A DNA stretch of 64,000 bases from a virus (Duplodnaviria; Caudoviricetes): IMG/VR virus record IMGVR_UViG_3300022848_000005. One strand, written 5' to 3'. Below the pieces are notes generated by a model, which did not search any database, had not been told where the DNA came from, and was given only the letters and a program-made list of their open reading frames with translations. The translations under genes were made by a program, and so were the position numbers. Shown piece by piece: positions 1 through 10,233 of this stretch (within the stretch, counting starts at the first letter, position 1; every line of letters begins with the position of its first letter).

Positions 1-55
1 CAACCTGGCGAACACAAGTGGTTGAATGATTATTTGGAAACGCATATAAGAAAAC

Positions 56-739
56 ATGAGTTACACCTGTAAGTATTGTACCAAGAGCTATCGCAAGGAA
101 TCAACACTTGCGGTACATCTTTGCGAGCCCAAACGTAGAGTACAACAAGAGTCTGAAACAGGTGTGCAGTTTGGACTCAGGGCATATAAGCGTTTTTATG
201 AGATAACTCAAGGGTCAGCACGTACTAAAGACTACGAGGACTTTGCTAAGAGCCCATACTATATTGCATTTGTAAAGTTTGGACGTTATTGTGTAGACAT
301 ACGTGCCATAAACTTTGTGAACTTTTGTGAATGGTTACTGAAAAACAATAAAAAGATTGACCACTGGACAAAAGACAAGTTGTACCAAGAATGGATGTTG
401 CCCTACATAAAACGTGAACAGTCACAAGACGCACTTGAACGTGGTGTTAAAGAAATGTTGGACTATTGCGAGGAACATCCTGAACTTAAGAATGGTATTA
501 CGGATTACTTTAGATATGCTAACAGCAATCGTATATGTCATCACATCAGCACAGGCAGAGTAAGCGCATGGCTAGTGTTTAATAGCGACAGCGGACGAGA
601 GTTTTTAGATACATTGAATGAAGAACAACTTGCTATTGTGTATCCTTACATTGACCCAGAGTACTGGCAACGTAGGTTTATAGATTTTGTAGCAGACACA
701 GAGTGGGTTACACAGGCACTTAAGGACATTAGGCTATGA
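56..739 (+). CDS. Hypothetical protein with N-terminal zinc finger
   Basis: 227-aa ORF; N-terminal CKYC-x12-HLC motif; overlaps the next gene (ATGA). Confidence 0.6.
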   Translation: MSYTCKYCTKSYRKESTLAVHLCEPKRRVQQESETGVQFGLRAYKRFYEITQGSARTKDYEDFAKSPYYIAFVKFGRYCVDIRAINFVNFCEWLLKNNKKIDHWTKDKLYQEWMLPYIKREQSQDALERGVKEMLDYCEEHPELKNGITDYFRYANSNRICHHISTGRVSAWLVFNSDSGREFLDTLNEEQLAIVYPYIDPEYWQRRFIDFVADTEWVTQALKDIRL

Positions 740-1305
740 AGTTTCAAGCAGATATTGACATAGACTTTGGTGCCAGAGATCGAATACTCGAACACATTAA
801 ACATATTCCTGCCAGCATATATCGCAATGAAGAGTTTGTGCCGCATAACACAGGCGTGTATGTAAATAATATACCACAACACCCAATAACTAAGTTAGCA
901 AGCATTGACCATAAAGAAGCAGAACAGCGTGGTTATGTTAAACTAGACTTTCTAAATGTTAGTGTGTATCAGCAGATTCAGTCAGAAGAAGAGCTTGATG
1001 TGTTAATGGCCACAGAGCCTCCCTGGGCTAGATTACAAGACCCAGAGTTTGTAAAGAACATCATACATATCAGCAACCATTATGATATTGTTCAAAAACT
1101 AAAACCTCAGACTGTTGATGAGATGGCGGCTGTACTAGCAATCATACGTCCCAGTAAACGGTATTTGTTAAACAAAGACTGGGCGACTATTAATCAGGAA
1201 GTATGGACTACACCCAGAGATGGCAGTTACTACTTCAAGAAAAGTCATGCAACTAGTTATGCATATCTTGTAATAGTGCATATGAACTTGTTAAATATGA
1301 TATGA
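736..1305 (+). CDS. Compact DNA polymerase III alpha (DnaE/family C)-like catalytic fragment
   Basis: DIDIDF, HNTG, KLDFLN and YYFKKSHATSYA match, in order, the DnaE motifs PDxDxDF, H-x-x-G, KxDFLG and YxFNKSHxxxY. Confidence 0.7.
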   Translation: MKFQADIDIDFGARDRILEHIKHIPASIYRNEEFVPHNTGVYVNNIPQHPITKLASIDHKEAEQRGYVKLDFLNVSVYQQIQSEEELDVLMATEPPWARLQDPEFVKNIIHISNHYDIVQKLKPQTVDEMAAVLAIIRPSKRYLLNKDWATINQEVWTTPRDGSYYFKKSHATSYAYLVIVHMNLLNMI

Positions 1306-2237
1306 AAATCTATATTGATCACGTAGCTGAGTGTATGCAAGATTTTGTTGAGTATACTCTAAACACTGTTTTTGTTACCGGAAATTTTAGTATCACTTTG
1401 GCGCAGACGAGGTCAATGCAAGAACGTATCTTTTCAGTTAACAATGCCACACTAAACAATCTGGATGGTGATAACAGAATCTATATCGAGTTTACTCAGG
1501 AAGACCTTTTACATATATCACAGATATCGTTAAATCTGCCTAAAAGAATAAGATTAGGATCGGAAGGGGATCTGTCTGTAGATACAATCAGTAAGTTATC
1601 CAACAATTATTATCAACAAGCTCTAGACGATATTATAAAACTAACTGACGTTATACCAGACTTCTACAATGAAGTAAAAGGATCTGATTGGCCCAATATT
1701 AAGACTATTACAGAATTTTACGAACTACCAGTTCACATTGTTGACGAATGTGCTAAACAATTTGGGTTCTCTCCTAAGTTGTTAACCAAGGAATATCCCG
1801 ACGCCAGTGGACCTCTACTGCGTAAGTACTTTACTAACTGGTTCTCCGGAGTTAACCCATTTATGCAAAAACAAGATGAGGTTGTGTACACAAGCAATCA
1901 AAACGTTTACAAGTTACCGTTTTTAGATATCTTTAATACTGATAACATGTTGCAACACATAGATGATATTGCAAAACAGTTTGGGTTAACATTGGTGGAT
2001 AAGAAAGAACTGTCTAGGAATCTCAAGGATTCACGACACTTTCACGAAACTTTTGTGAAAAGACAGCAGTGTGTGGGATTAAAGAAAGAGGTAGACGACA
2101 TATTAGAACAGTCTAGGGGTGTGCGTATTGATTTAACAATAATGCAGGAATCTTACTTAAATGCAAAATTAGGAGGAGTACTGACAGATTTGCCCCGTAT
2201 AGACAACACATCTATAATTTTTGATGCTATTGGGTAG
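1302..2237 (+). CDS. Hypothetical protein
   Basis: 311-aa ORF overlapping the upstream stop; no motif recognised. Confidence 0.6.
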   Translation: MKIYIDHVAECMQDFVEYTLNTVFVTGNFSITLAQTRSMQERIFSVNNATLNNLDGDNRIYIEFTQEDLLHISQISLNLPKRIRLGSEGDLSVDTISKLSNNYYQQALDDIIKLTDVIPDFYNEVKGSDWPNIKTITEFYELPVHIVDECAKQFGFSPKLLTKEYPDASGPLLRKYFTNWFSGVNPFMQKQDEVVYTSNQNVYKLPFLDIFNTDNMLQHIDDIAKQFGLTLVDKKELSRNLKDSRHFHETFVKRQQCVGLKKEVDDILEQSRGVRIDLTIMQESYLNAKLGGVLTDLPRIDNTSIIFDAIG

Positions 2238-2637
2238 GTTTTCGTACTAGTGTTATTGCCCTACGTTTTGTTCGTTTTAAACTTAGGTTTTTAAGACTCA
2301 ACTGAGGACCATACTTAATAACAACGTCTTTGCTGTTAAACGTTTTAAGGAATACCTTAAATACTTTCCAGTCGTTTTTTAAAAACACATTAATAGGCAT
2401 TAATCTATTAGATTCCCACCACCAGGAATCTGCCAGTTCTAAGAATTGTAGACGTTCTTCAGGGGACTTTAACGCAGAATAATCATATAGCGTGGTAATA
2501 ATTTCATCGTAATTTTGTATTATGCCGATGTAATCGTTGCCTCCATAGACAACATAACTCAAAAAAGGATATTTGTCTAAGAGTTGATGGAATTTGTTGT
2601 CTGTCACAATAAATACAATATGCAATTCATTACTCAA
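2227..2637 (-). CDS. Hypothetical protein
   Basis: 136-aa ORF filling the gap between plus-strand genes; basic C-terminus. Confidence 0.55.
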   Translation of the reverse strand: MSNELHIVFIVTDNKFHQLLDKYPFLSYVVYGGNDYIGIIQNYDEIITTLYDYSALKSPEERLQFLELADSWWWESNRLMPINVFLKNDWKVFKVFLKTFNSKDVVIKYGPQLSLKNLSLKRTKRRAITLVRKPTQ

Positions 2638-3378
2638 TATTTATATAGGCAAAAGATACCTTGCCAAATAGTAGAACTTTTGGACACCAACAGAAGGACA
2701 GTCAGTGTGTATAATAGAGACATAAAAGCCTACCGTGGGGTAGCAAATAAATTCTTAATCGAAATTAAAAACCAAGATCAGAAACCCATTAATATCAGCG
2801 ATCGTACAATTAAGTTAAATGTGCTAAATCCAGAGACTAATTCGGTTTATAGCACAACCACTGCCATTATTCATAGTGCCAGTAAAGGTCAGGCACTAGT
2901 GACACTAGATGACAATAACTTACTGGACTTACCTGCTACCTATTACAATTACACCGTGGCAGTAACAAGTGGTGAGGGTAATGACGAGATTGCATATGCT
3001 GACGACAACTATGGGGTGCGTGGCACACTGCAAGTATTAGATGGTCACTATCCAACGTTTACAGCCTCAACTGAGCTCACTGTTAATGCTGATAGTAATG
3101 TAACAAGTTATGTTATCAGTGACAAGAGTTCCAACCAGGGTAGTAAGTTGCATACTGCGGCATTTTACCTAAGCAACTATACAGGTAATATCCTTATTGA
3201 AGGCACACTGGACGATACTCCAAACTACGCTAGTGCAAATTACTTTACCGTACAGACAAAAACATATGCCAGTGCAACAGGTACGTACTATGCAACCTGG
3301 ACAGGTAACTATAGAGCTGTAAGGTTCACTCAAGTAAAAACTTCAGGGAGTATAACCAAAATACTATATCGTGGCTAA
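2620..3378 (+). CDS. Putative virion structural protein (beta-rich, baseplate-type)
   Basis: T/S/Y/N-rich; start moved to ATG 2620, just after ATAAATAC. Confidence 0.55.
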   Translation: MQFITQYLYRQKIPCQIVELLDTNRRTVSVYNRDIKAYRGVANKFLIEIKNQDQKPINISDRTIKLNVLNPETNSVYSTTTAIIHSASKGQALVTLDDNNLLDLPATYYNYTVAVTSGEGNDEIAYADDNYGVRGTLQVLDGHYPTFTASTELTVNADSNVTSYVISDKSSNQGSKLHTAAFYLSNYTGNILIEGTLDDTPNYASANYFTVQTKTYASATGTYYATWTGNYRAVRFTQVKTSGSITKILYRG

Positions 3379-4093
3379 ACGTATAGTATGTTTTGGCGAC
3401 AGTTGGACTTACGGATCAGATTTAGTTGATCCTGCACTTGTTCCTAAATTAGAAAGTGAAGGTTACGGCGTTGACGACGCTGAATACAAATACTTTCACG
3501 AAAATCTTCCTTACAGAGAAGAACATAGATATTCCAGTCTACTCGAAAAAGCATTAGGTACTCCTGTTTTAAATTTATCTAAACCTGCCGATAGTTTAAT
3601 AGGTATGCGTGTTAAATTTATAGAATGGGTGCACCAGCAACCCAAAGATTGTTCAGACAGTCTAATAATATTTGCCACAACCTCACATGAGAGATACAGT
3701 TTTTACTCAGCAAAGGACAAGCAATGGCTAAGCAGTGGCTACTTGCAATACGGTGATCAGCACCAGCCTTTAGTTGAACACTGGAAAAGACATTTGGTGC
3801 ATAGCAGTGGTCCAGAACTGCATGATTATACGTTATTGGATTTTGTTATGTCATCAAGAGCACTTTGTAAAGAACGTAATATGAAATGGGTGTATGCTCC
3901 TGTTTTTCCAAAACGCACTCAAGGCAACATCGACGACAAGTTTGTTACAGAATGGAGTATGATGGATGTATGCACACACCGAGCAATGGAAGGACATAAA
4001 GTCTGGGCATGGGGAGAACATCCCAACGAGCTTGGTCACCAATTTATAGCAAAATACTTGATAAGTTTTATGAAAGAGTGTAAACTTATATAG
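3371..4093 (+). CDS. SGNH/GDSL hydrolase-like protein
   Basis: N-terminal FGDSW and C-terminal EHPNELGH motifs. Confidence 0.7.
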   Translation: MAKRIVCFGDSWTYGSDLVDPALVPKLESEGYGVDDAEYKYFHENLPYREEHRYSSLLEKALGTPVLNLSKPADSLIGMRVKFIEWVHQQPKDCSDSLIIFATTSHERYSFYSAKDKQWLSSGYLQYGDQHQPLVEHWKRHLVHSSGPELHDYTLLDFVMSSRALCKERNMKWVYAPVFPKRTQGNIDDKFVTEWSMMDVCTHRAMEGHKVWAWGEHPNELGHQFIAKYLISFMKECKLI

Positions 4094-5118
4094 TGAATAT
4101 TATACAGCAAACAGTCTTAGATAAATTGCCCTCAAAACGCAAGACAGCACCAAGTGGCTGGACTAGCTTTAATGCACAGTGCTGTACACATTTAGGCCAT
4201 AGTCAAGACACCAGAGGTAGGGGCGGTATTATAACTGCACCAGACGGTTCGATATCCTACCACTGTTTTAACTGTAATTTTAAAAGCACCTGGCGTCCAG
4301 GGTGGCATTTTAACTTCAAGTTTCGTAGACTGTTATCCTGGTTTGGGGTAGCACAGAATGATGTACAACGTTTGGTGTTTGAAGCCATGCGTATCAGAGA
4401 AGAGCTTGTTGATGTTGTTGAAGAGATTGACAAACAGCAGGAAAAAATAGAGTTCGACCCAAGGCCACTGCCTGAAGAAAGTGCAGATATTAGACAAGTT
4501 GCCACAATGATGGCATTAGATCCCAATTACGAAATAACTCAGAACTTCAGAGATGTTGTCGGCTATGCAGTTGAGCGAAAGATTAACACACAACGCTATC
4601 CTATATTTTATAGCACCAGCAGTAATGTTAATATGGATAGGCGAGTTATTATACCGTTTACCTGGCAGGACAAGATAATAGGATATACTGCAAGAGCAAT
4701 GGATCCCAGCATAAAGCCCAAGTACTTTAACAGTTATGATAGCAATTATGTATTCAATACAGATGCACAAACCAAGGACACCAAGTTTGTTATTGTGTGT
4801 GAAGGTCCTTTTGATGCAATGGCAGTTGATGGAGTTGCTATATTAAGTAATAACATAAACGACACACAGGCTGAAATAATTGATAGGTTGGGTAAACGAG
4901 TAATTGTGGTACCAGACTTTGATCGAGCAGGACAGCGTATGATACAAGACGCAATAGAATATGACTGGGAAGTTAGTTTCCCTACATGGTCAGAAACCTG
5001 TAAAGATGTTGGAGAAGCGGTACAACGATATGGTAAATTATTTGTAGTAAAAAACATCTTAGATAACGCACAGGCAAGTAAACTAAAGATTAATTTAATG
5101 CGTAAAGCAATAAAATAA
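4093..5118 (+). CDS. DNA primase (zinc finger plus TOPRIM)
   Basis: Cys/His zinc-binding N-terminus (CCTH...HCFNC), TOPRIM VCEGPFDA and PDFD. Confidence 0.85.
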   Translation: MNIIQQTVLDKLPSKRKTAPSGWTSFNAQCCTHLGHSQDTRGRGGIITAPDGSISYHCFNCNFKSTWRPGWHFNFKFRRLLSWFGVAQNDVQRLVFEAMRIREELVDVVEEIDKQQEKIEFDPRPLPEESADIRQVATMMALDPNYEITQNFRDVVGYAVERKINTQRYPIFYSTSSNVNMDRRVIIPFTWQDKIIGYTARAMDPSIKPKYFNSYDSNYVFNTDAQTKDTKFVIVCEGPFDAMAVDGVAILSNNINDTQAEIIDRLGKRVIVVPDFDRAGQRMIQDAIEYDWEVSFPTWSETCKDVGEAVQRYGKLFVVKNILDNAQASKLKINLMRKAIK

Positions 5119-6236
5119 TGGACCCAAAACAAAAGTTTTTTCTTTTTAAACAGTCACGCAATTTTTGTGCGGTGCCCTGGAACCACTTCAAAGTTGAAAT
5201 GGATGGCACAGTAAAAACCTGCGTACATGGTATGGATACGTTGGGCAACTTATCCACCGACAACATTGATAGCATTTTACATAGCCCTGTAGTAAAGGAT
5301 ATAAGACAAACTCTGTATCAGGATAAGCCGCATAAAAATTGCACACATTGCACCAGACACGAGGACGAAAGTGATCACAAGTACCTAAGAGATCTTTACA
5401 ATCCCATGTTTAAGTTTGAGGACATAGATTACAGTGACGATTCTGCATTCCAACTAAGAGCAGTTGATCTACATTGGAGTTCTACCTGTAACTTAAAGTG
5501 TATTACGTGTTGGGCAAATCAGAGTAGCAGTATTGCACAGGAACAGGGCAAACCAGTCTTACATACACCCAATGACCAAGCAGACAAGATAATAGACATA
5601 ATTGTCGACAACCAGCACAACCTTAAAGAAATATACCTGAGTGGCGGTGAGCCTACCCTCATTAAGCATAATCAAAGACTGTTAAAGCGTTTGGACAAGA
5701 ATATAGATTGTCAGTTTAGAATTAACACTAACATGATGTTCGAACAAGACAATGCCATAATAAACGAAATATTAAAGTTTAAAAATGTATTGTTTACAAT
5801 AAGTGCTGACTCTACAGCAGATAGGTTTAATTATATTAGACGTGGGGCAGACTGGCAGAAGTTCCTAACAAATCTAACATGGTTACAGCAGAGTCACGCT
5901 AAGTTTAGGTTAAACAGTGTGTTCTTCATAGCAAGTGCGTTGTATCTGACAGACTGTCAGAAGTTTTTCCACAATAATTTTGGTATAACAGATTTTACAA
6001 TTAACCAAGTCCTCATGGACCATACTGTTATTAAGTGTCGCAACCTATCACACTCCCTTAAAGAAGATTGTAAAACTAAAATACTTGCACATAAACAGGA
6101 GTTTGCTGATAATGCAAACTTATGTAATGAGTTAGATGCTTGCCTACAAGAATTAAATTGTGATAAGGCAGATGACTATACATCTTTCTTTACACAGTTT
6201 CCAGGCAACTGGCAAGAGGTATTTCCTGAACTATGA
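5118..6236 (+). CDS. Radical SAM protein with N-terminal SPASM/twitch-like Cys cluster
   Basis: CNLKCITC (CxxxCxxC), SGGEP, N-terminal CAVPW...C...CTHC. Confidence 0.85.
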   Translation: MDPKQKFFLFKQSRNFCAVPWNHFKVEMDGTVKTCVHGMDTLGNLSTDNIDSILHSPVVKDIRQTLYQDKPHKNCTHCTRHEDESDHKYLRDLYNPMFKFEDIDYSDDSAFQLRAVDLHWSSTCNLKCITCWANQSSSIAQEQGKPVLHTPNDQADKIIDIIVDNQHNLKEIYLSGGEPTLIKHNQRLLKRLDKNIDCQFRINTNMMFEQDNAIINEILKFKNVLFTISADSTADRFNYIRRGADWQKFLTNLTWLQQSHAKFRLNSVFFIASALYLTDCQKFFHNNFGITDFTINQVLMDHTVIKCRNLSHSLKEDCKTKILAHKQEFADNANLCNELDACLQELNCDKADDYTSFFTQFPGNWQEVFPEL

Positions 6237-6871
6237 ACATTTTGCTAGTAGGTTGTGGTAAAAAGTTTGGTAGAACTATATTAGATAGTTTAGTGCAACG
6301 TGGACATAGTGTACACAGTATTAGCAGTGTGGACGTAGATGGTGTTAATAATATATTATTAGACTGGGATACTCTTAATCCTGCTGTAATAGAACGACAG
6401 TTACAACAGTTGCCCAGAATAGATTTTGTATTTTTTAACCACAATGGAAGTGCATTAAGTACTCAGAGCTTTGGCAAACTAAGCACACTGGAGTTATGGA
6501 AGTTGGGTAAGCGATGGAATCAGCAATACTACAATAGTGTTATATTTCCATTTCATCTTATACAGTCAATTACGTTAGATTTAAATGCAGTAGTAGCCTG
6601 GATGACAAGTTCTTATGTTTACAACCATGCAGATATCACACATAATGACTACATAGGGAATAAGTATCAGAGCTACCTTATAATGAAACAGTTTGGCAAC
6701 ACTGATCGAGCATGTTTTTGCGGCGTAAATCCTGACAGTCTTTATGATGCCAGTGTACAACCAGGTGAGTTTATTGAGGGCATGTACAAGTTAGATAGGC
6801 ACGAGTTAAACGGTTCTGTCATCGGTTTTGACTACACAAAAGATACACATTTTAACAAATTTAATGTATAA
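6233..6871 (+). CDS. Short-chain dehydrogenase/reductase-like protein
   Basis: N-terminal ILLVGCGKKFG Rossmann motif and YxxxK (YIGNK). Confidence 0.6.
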   Translation: MNILLVGCGKKFGRTILDSLVQRGHSVHSISSVDVDGVNNILLDWDTLNPAVIERQLQQLPRIDFVFFNHNGSALSTQSFGKLSTLELWKLGKRWNQQYYNSVIFPFHLIQSITLDLNAVVAWMTSSYVYNHADITHNDYIGNKYQSYLIMKQFGNTDRACFCGVNPDSLYDASVQPGEFIEGMYKLDRHELNGSVIGFDYTKDTHFNKFNV

Positions 6872-6879
6872 TAATTAAT

Positions 6880-8250
6880 ATGAAGAATTACAGTGCAGAT
6901 TTACAAAAACTATTTTTAGAAATGATGATGGCAGACGCTCAAATGTTTGTGCGTGTTGGAAACATCTTTAACCCTGCTAACTTTGATAGAAGTCTACAGG
7001 ACACAGCCAGGTTTATACAAGAGTACACAGACAAACACAAGTCTCTGCCTAATAAAGATCAGGTAAAAGCAACATCTGGTGTAGAGCTTAAAGACGTTGG
7101 TGAAGTGCAGGAAGCACAACATGACTGGTTTCTAGAAGAATTTGAAGGATTTAGTCGCAGACAAGAACTTGAACGTGCCATACTGAAGGCGGCTGACTAC
7201 TTGGAAAAAGGTGACTATGATCCTGTTGAGAAATTAATTAAAGACGCAGTACAAATTAGTTTAACAAAAGATCTAGGCATAGACTATTTTGAGGATCCTA
7301 AGGCTAGACTTAGTTTACTAAGGGACAACAACGGACAAGTAAGTACAGGCTGGCCCACACTGGATAAGAAACTGTTTGGTGGCTTTAACAAAGGCGAGTT
7401 AAACATCTTTGCTGGTGGCAGTGGTAGTGGTAAGAGTTTGTTTATGCAAAACCTTGCTATTAACTGGATTATACAAGGACTTAACGGGGTATTCCTAACA
7501 CTAGAACTTAGTGAAGGCTTGTGTGCTATGCGTATAGACAGCATGTTGTCTAATGTCAGCACACGTGAAATATTTAAAGAGATCGATACTGTGGAGATGA
7601 AGATCAAAATGGTTGGTAAGAAGTCAGGTAGCCTACGCATCAAGTACATGCCGGCACAGAGCAACGTTAATCAAATTAGAGCGTACTTGAAAGAACTGGA
7701 AGTACAGACAGGACAAAAAGCAGACTTTATCATGGTAGACTATTTGGACTTGGTTATGCCAGTTAGTGCAAAGGTAAGTCCAAGTGACTTGTTTGTTAAA
7801 GACAAGTATGTGAGTGAAGAACTACGTAATCTAGCAAAAGAATTTAACATACTGATGGTAACCGCATCACAATTAAATCGCAGTGCGGTTGAAGAAATAG
7901 AATTTGATCATAGCCACATATCTGGTGGGTTAAGCAAAATAAATACTGCTGACAACGTGTTTGGTATATTTACGTCAAGAGCAATGCGTGAACGTGGACG
8001 ATATCAGATACAGTTAATGAAGACTCGTAGTTCTAGTGGTGTTGGACAAAAGATTGATTTAGAGTACAACATGGAGACGCTGAGAATTATCGACGCAGGT
8101 GAAGAAGAGCAGACTAACCAACGACAATCGGGTATTATGAATCAAATAAAAACAAAATCATCAACAACTACAGAAGCACCCAAGGTCACAGCTCAAGTCG
8201 ATAGTTCTAAGCTCAAGTCTATGTTGGCTGGGCTGAGGAAAGTTGAATAA
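6880..8250 (+). CDS. dnaB: Replicative DNA helicase (DnaB/T4 gp41-like)
   Basis: Walker A GGSGSGKS, VDYLD, TASQLNR, MKTRSS. Confidence 0.9.
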   Translation: MKNYSADLQKLFLEMMMADAQMFVRVGNIFNPANFDRSLQDTARFIQEYTDKHKSLPNKDQVKATSGVELKDVGEVQEAQHDWFLEEFEGFSRRQELERAILKAADYLEKGDYDPVEKLIKDAVQISLTKDLGIDYFEDPKARLSLLRDNNGQVSTGWPTLDKKLFGGFNKGELNIFAGGSGSGKSLFMQNLAINWIIQGLNGVFLTLELSEGLCAMRIDSMLSNVSTREIFKEIDTVEMKIKMVGKKSGSLRIKYMPAQSNVNQIRAYLKELEVQTGQKADFIMVDYLDLVMPVSAKVSPSDLFVKDKYVSEELRNLAKEFNILMVTASQLNRSAVEEIEFDHSHISGGLSKINTADNVFGIFTSRAMRERGRYQIQLMKTRSSSGVGQKIDLEYNMETLRIIDAGEEEQTNQRQSGIMNQIKTKSSTTTEAPKVTAQVDSSKLKSMLAGLRKVE

Positions 8251-8503
8251 CGATAGTTTTGAGATAATATATAGAGAATTAGTGATATTTGAATCTCCAG
8301 ATGGCGGACAAACGGTCTACGAACGTAGTCCAGGTCAAATTGCACGTACTCTTGTGGGTAGACGAGACACAATACCATCATGGTATATAGATGTACGAGG
8401 GTTTAATCAGCTAATGCACGAGGCAAAGGATAATGTTACCTTACAGGATGCTCTATTGCAATTAAAAACATTGTGGGAATTAACAAAGAAAGACGACAGT
8501 TAA
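8243..8503 (+). CDS. Hypothetical protein
   Basis: 86-aa ORF tightly packed in the operon. Confidence 0.5.
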   Translation: MNNDSFEIIYRELVIFESPDGGQTVYERSPGQIARTLVGRRDTIPSWYIDVRGFNQLMHEAKDNVTLQDALLQLKTLWELTKKDDS

Positions 8504-9081
8504 TGCATTTATTAGAAAACTTTAATTACATTCAAAGAACAGCAAAACATGCCGCTGAATCGATCGCAAACAGAACTCGTATTGCATCGTGGGCATGGCG
8601 TATAGAAAACGTGTTGCCAGATGATATTATAGTTGACATAAGAGACTTTATGGCGGCAAATCAGAAGTGGGAGACTGAGCAATTAGAATTTGATATACCA
8701 AGACGTGCAGTACACTGGGATCAGGTATCAACTAGTCCATATAGACGTATGCATTATGCTTTTCAACAACTAAGCCCAGTAATATCGGAAGCAATAGGAC
8801 ACCAGGTAGACTTTCAACATTGTAACATGTGGGAGGATGGTACAGAATATATAATTCCACCACATGTAGACAATGATAGTATTAGGGTAGCCATACAAGT
8901 TTATCTTAACGATGCAGATGAGGATTGTGGTACTTCAATATATTCTAGTCAAAACACAGAAATATATAAGTTTCCTTTCATTTCGAACACAGGATACATC
9001 ATGCACAATACTCCAACTAGTTGGCACGGTATGATGACGCCAGGAAATGTTAGGCGTAGTTTATACGCAAACTATCGATAA
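8503..9081 (+). CDS. 2OG-Fe(II) oxygenase
   Basis: PHVD (HxD), SWHGM (distal His), RRSLYANY (RxS); start at ATG 8503. Confidence 0.75.
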   Translation: MHLLENFNYIQRTAKHAAESIANRTRIASWAWRIENVLPDDIIVDIRDFMAANQKWETEQLEFDIPRRAVHWDQVSTSPYRRMHYAFQQLSPVISEAIGHQVDFQHCNMWEDGTEYIIPPHVDNDSIRVAIQVYLNDADEDCGTSIYSSQNTEIYKFPFISNTGYIMHNTPTSWHGMMTPGNVRRSLYANYR

Positions 9082-9940
9082 AAGTATAGTTAGACAAGTA
9101 CTCTTTCTCAAAAATCTTTTTATCACAATCACTGGGAAAACTTAGTTGCCCAACCTGAATAGACCCCAATGCAAATTTAGGCGCAGTATACCCTAACTTT
9201 ATAAACTTTTCTTTATGCTTGTGGTAATAATTTAACACATTGCGTTCTAACTCCGCATACTCTTCCTCAGTGTGATGAGTAAACTTTGCGTTAAAGTCGC
9301 TTTTGAAATATTGTTGAGGTATAAATGCTTCGTCACCGATATGCTGATCATCGTCCCTATACATATCAACCAATGTCTTGCCTATTTCGCAATAGTTTAT
9401 ATACAATCCTCCCCATTGTTCCTGCAGACTAAAGTGTTCGTAATCTTCTGGGGCAAACGGTATCCGTGGTCTCTGATCACTGCTAAACGTACACACAAAC
9501 CTTGCGTACCCGCTACTGCTCTCTAGTCTATGTATGTATATGTTAAGTTGTCCTAGTGCATGTTGTACAGCCTTGGGTGCCTTAGAGTACCAGTCACTGC
9601 TGTCTTGAGCATCATAGAGCCCATGATAGCGTTCAAATATATTATGTAAGTAGTTGAGGTCGTCCTGTGTGTAATTGTAGTTAATATAACGTTCGCATAC
9701 AGGCTTATATGCGTTTATTGTGTCCACAAACCCATTTATTGTGTCCACACAGTATTCCAGTGTATACTTAGATCCAGTAAAGCCATAGAGTCTCTCAGGG
9801 TCGTCTAAATGGGTACCCAAATCTAGTGTTTTTTGCAATTCGGACAACCATTTACTTGCTATTTCGGTGCGAAATATGCTATAATAGAGTGTATATTGAG
9901 AACCATGTATATTGGATAGTGTTATTTCTAATCTTGTCAT
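9050..9940 (-). CDS. Hypothetical protein, paralog of 47575-48357
   Basis: Long minus-strand ORF; likely start MTRLEITL at 9940. Confidence 0.6.
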   Translation of the reverse strand: MTRLEITLSNIHGSQYTLYYSIFRTEIASKWLSELQKTLDLGTHLDDPERLYGFTGSKYTLEYCVDTINGFVDTINAYKPVCERYINYNYTQDDLNYLHNIFERYHGLYDAQDSSDWYSKAPKAVQHALGQLNIYIHRLESSSGYARFVCTFSSDQRPRIPFAPEDYEHFSLQEQWGGLYINYCEIGKTLVDMYRDDDQHIGDEAFIPQQYFKSDFNAKFTHHTEEEYAELERNVLNYYHKHKEKFIKLGYTAPKFALGSIQVGQLSFPSDCDKKIFEKEYLSNYTFIDSLRINYA

Positions 9941-9955
9941 AATGTTTATAGATAC

Positions 9956-9963
9956 TATAAATA
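9956..9963 (+). promoter_or_regulatory. T4-late-promoter-like TATAAATA
   Basis: Exact match to the T4 gp55 consensus upstream of the 9985-14019 gene run. Confidence 0.55.
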
Positions 9964-9984
9964 TACTTAATCCTGGAGCGTGTA

Positions 9985-10233
9985 GTGCAAAAGAAAACAA
10001 GAAGCCTATTAGATGAATTAGATATCTTTGTTTCACAAAGAGATAATAATGTTCTAATAGAGAACAGAGCCCACAATGTTATTCTAAGTGCGATAAACTT
10101 GCTACAGCACATAAAAGAAACTTATGACTCAGAGACTGCCGCAAACTTAGAAAAACGTTTGCTAAACAGCATACGCACCGGGGAACCAGAAAAGTTTACC
10201 AGGGGTATAAGGAGAGCCAAACGTGAAGGTTAA
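9985..10233 (+). CDS. Hypothetical protein
   Basis: 82-aa ORF, GTG start, follows the TATAAATA motif. Confidence 0.6.
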   Translation: MQKKTRSLLDELDIFVSQRDNNVLIENRAHNVILSAINLLQHIKETYDSETAANLEKRLLNSIRTGEPEKFTRGIRRAKREG

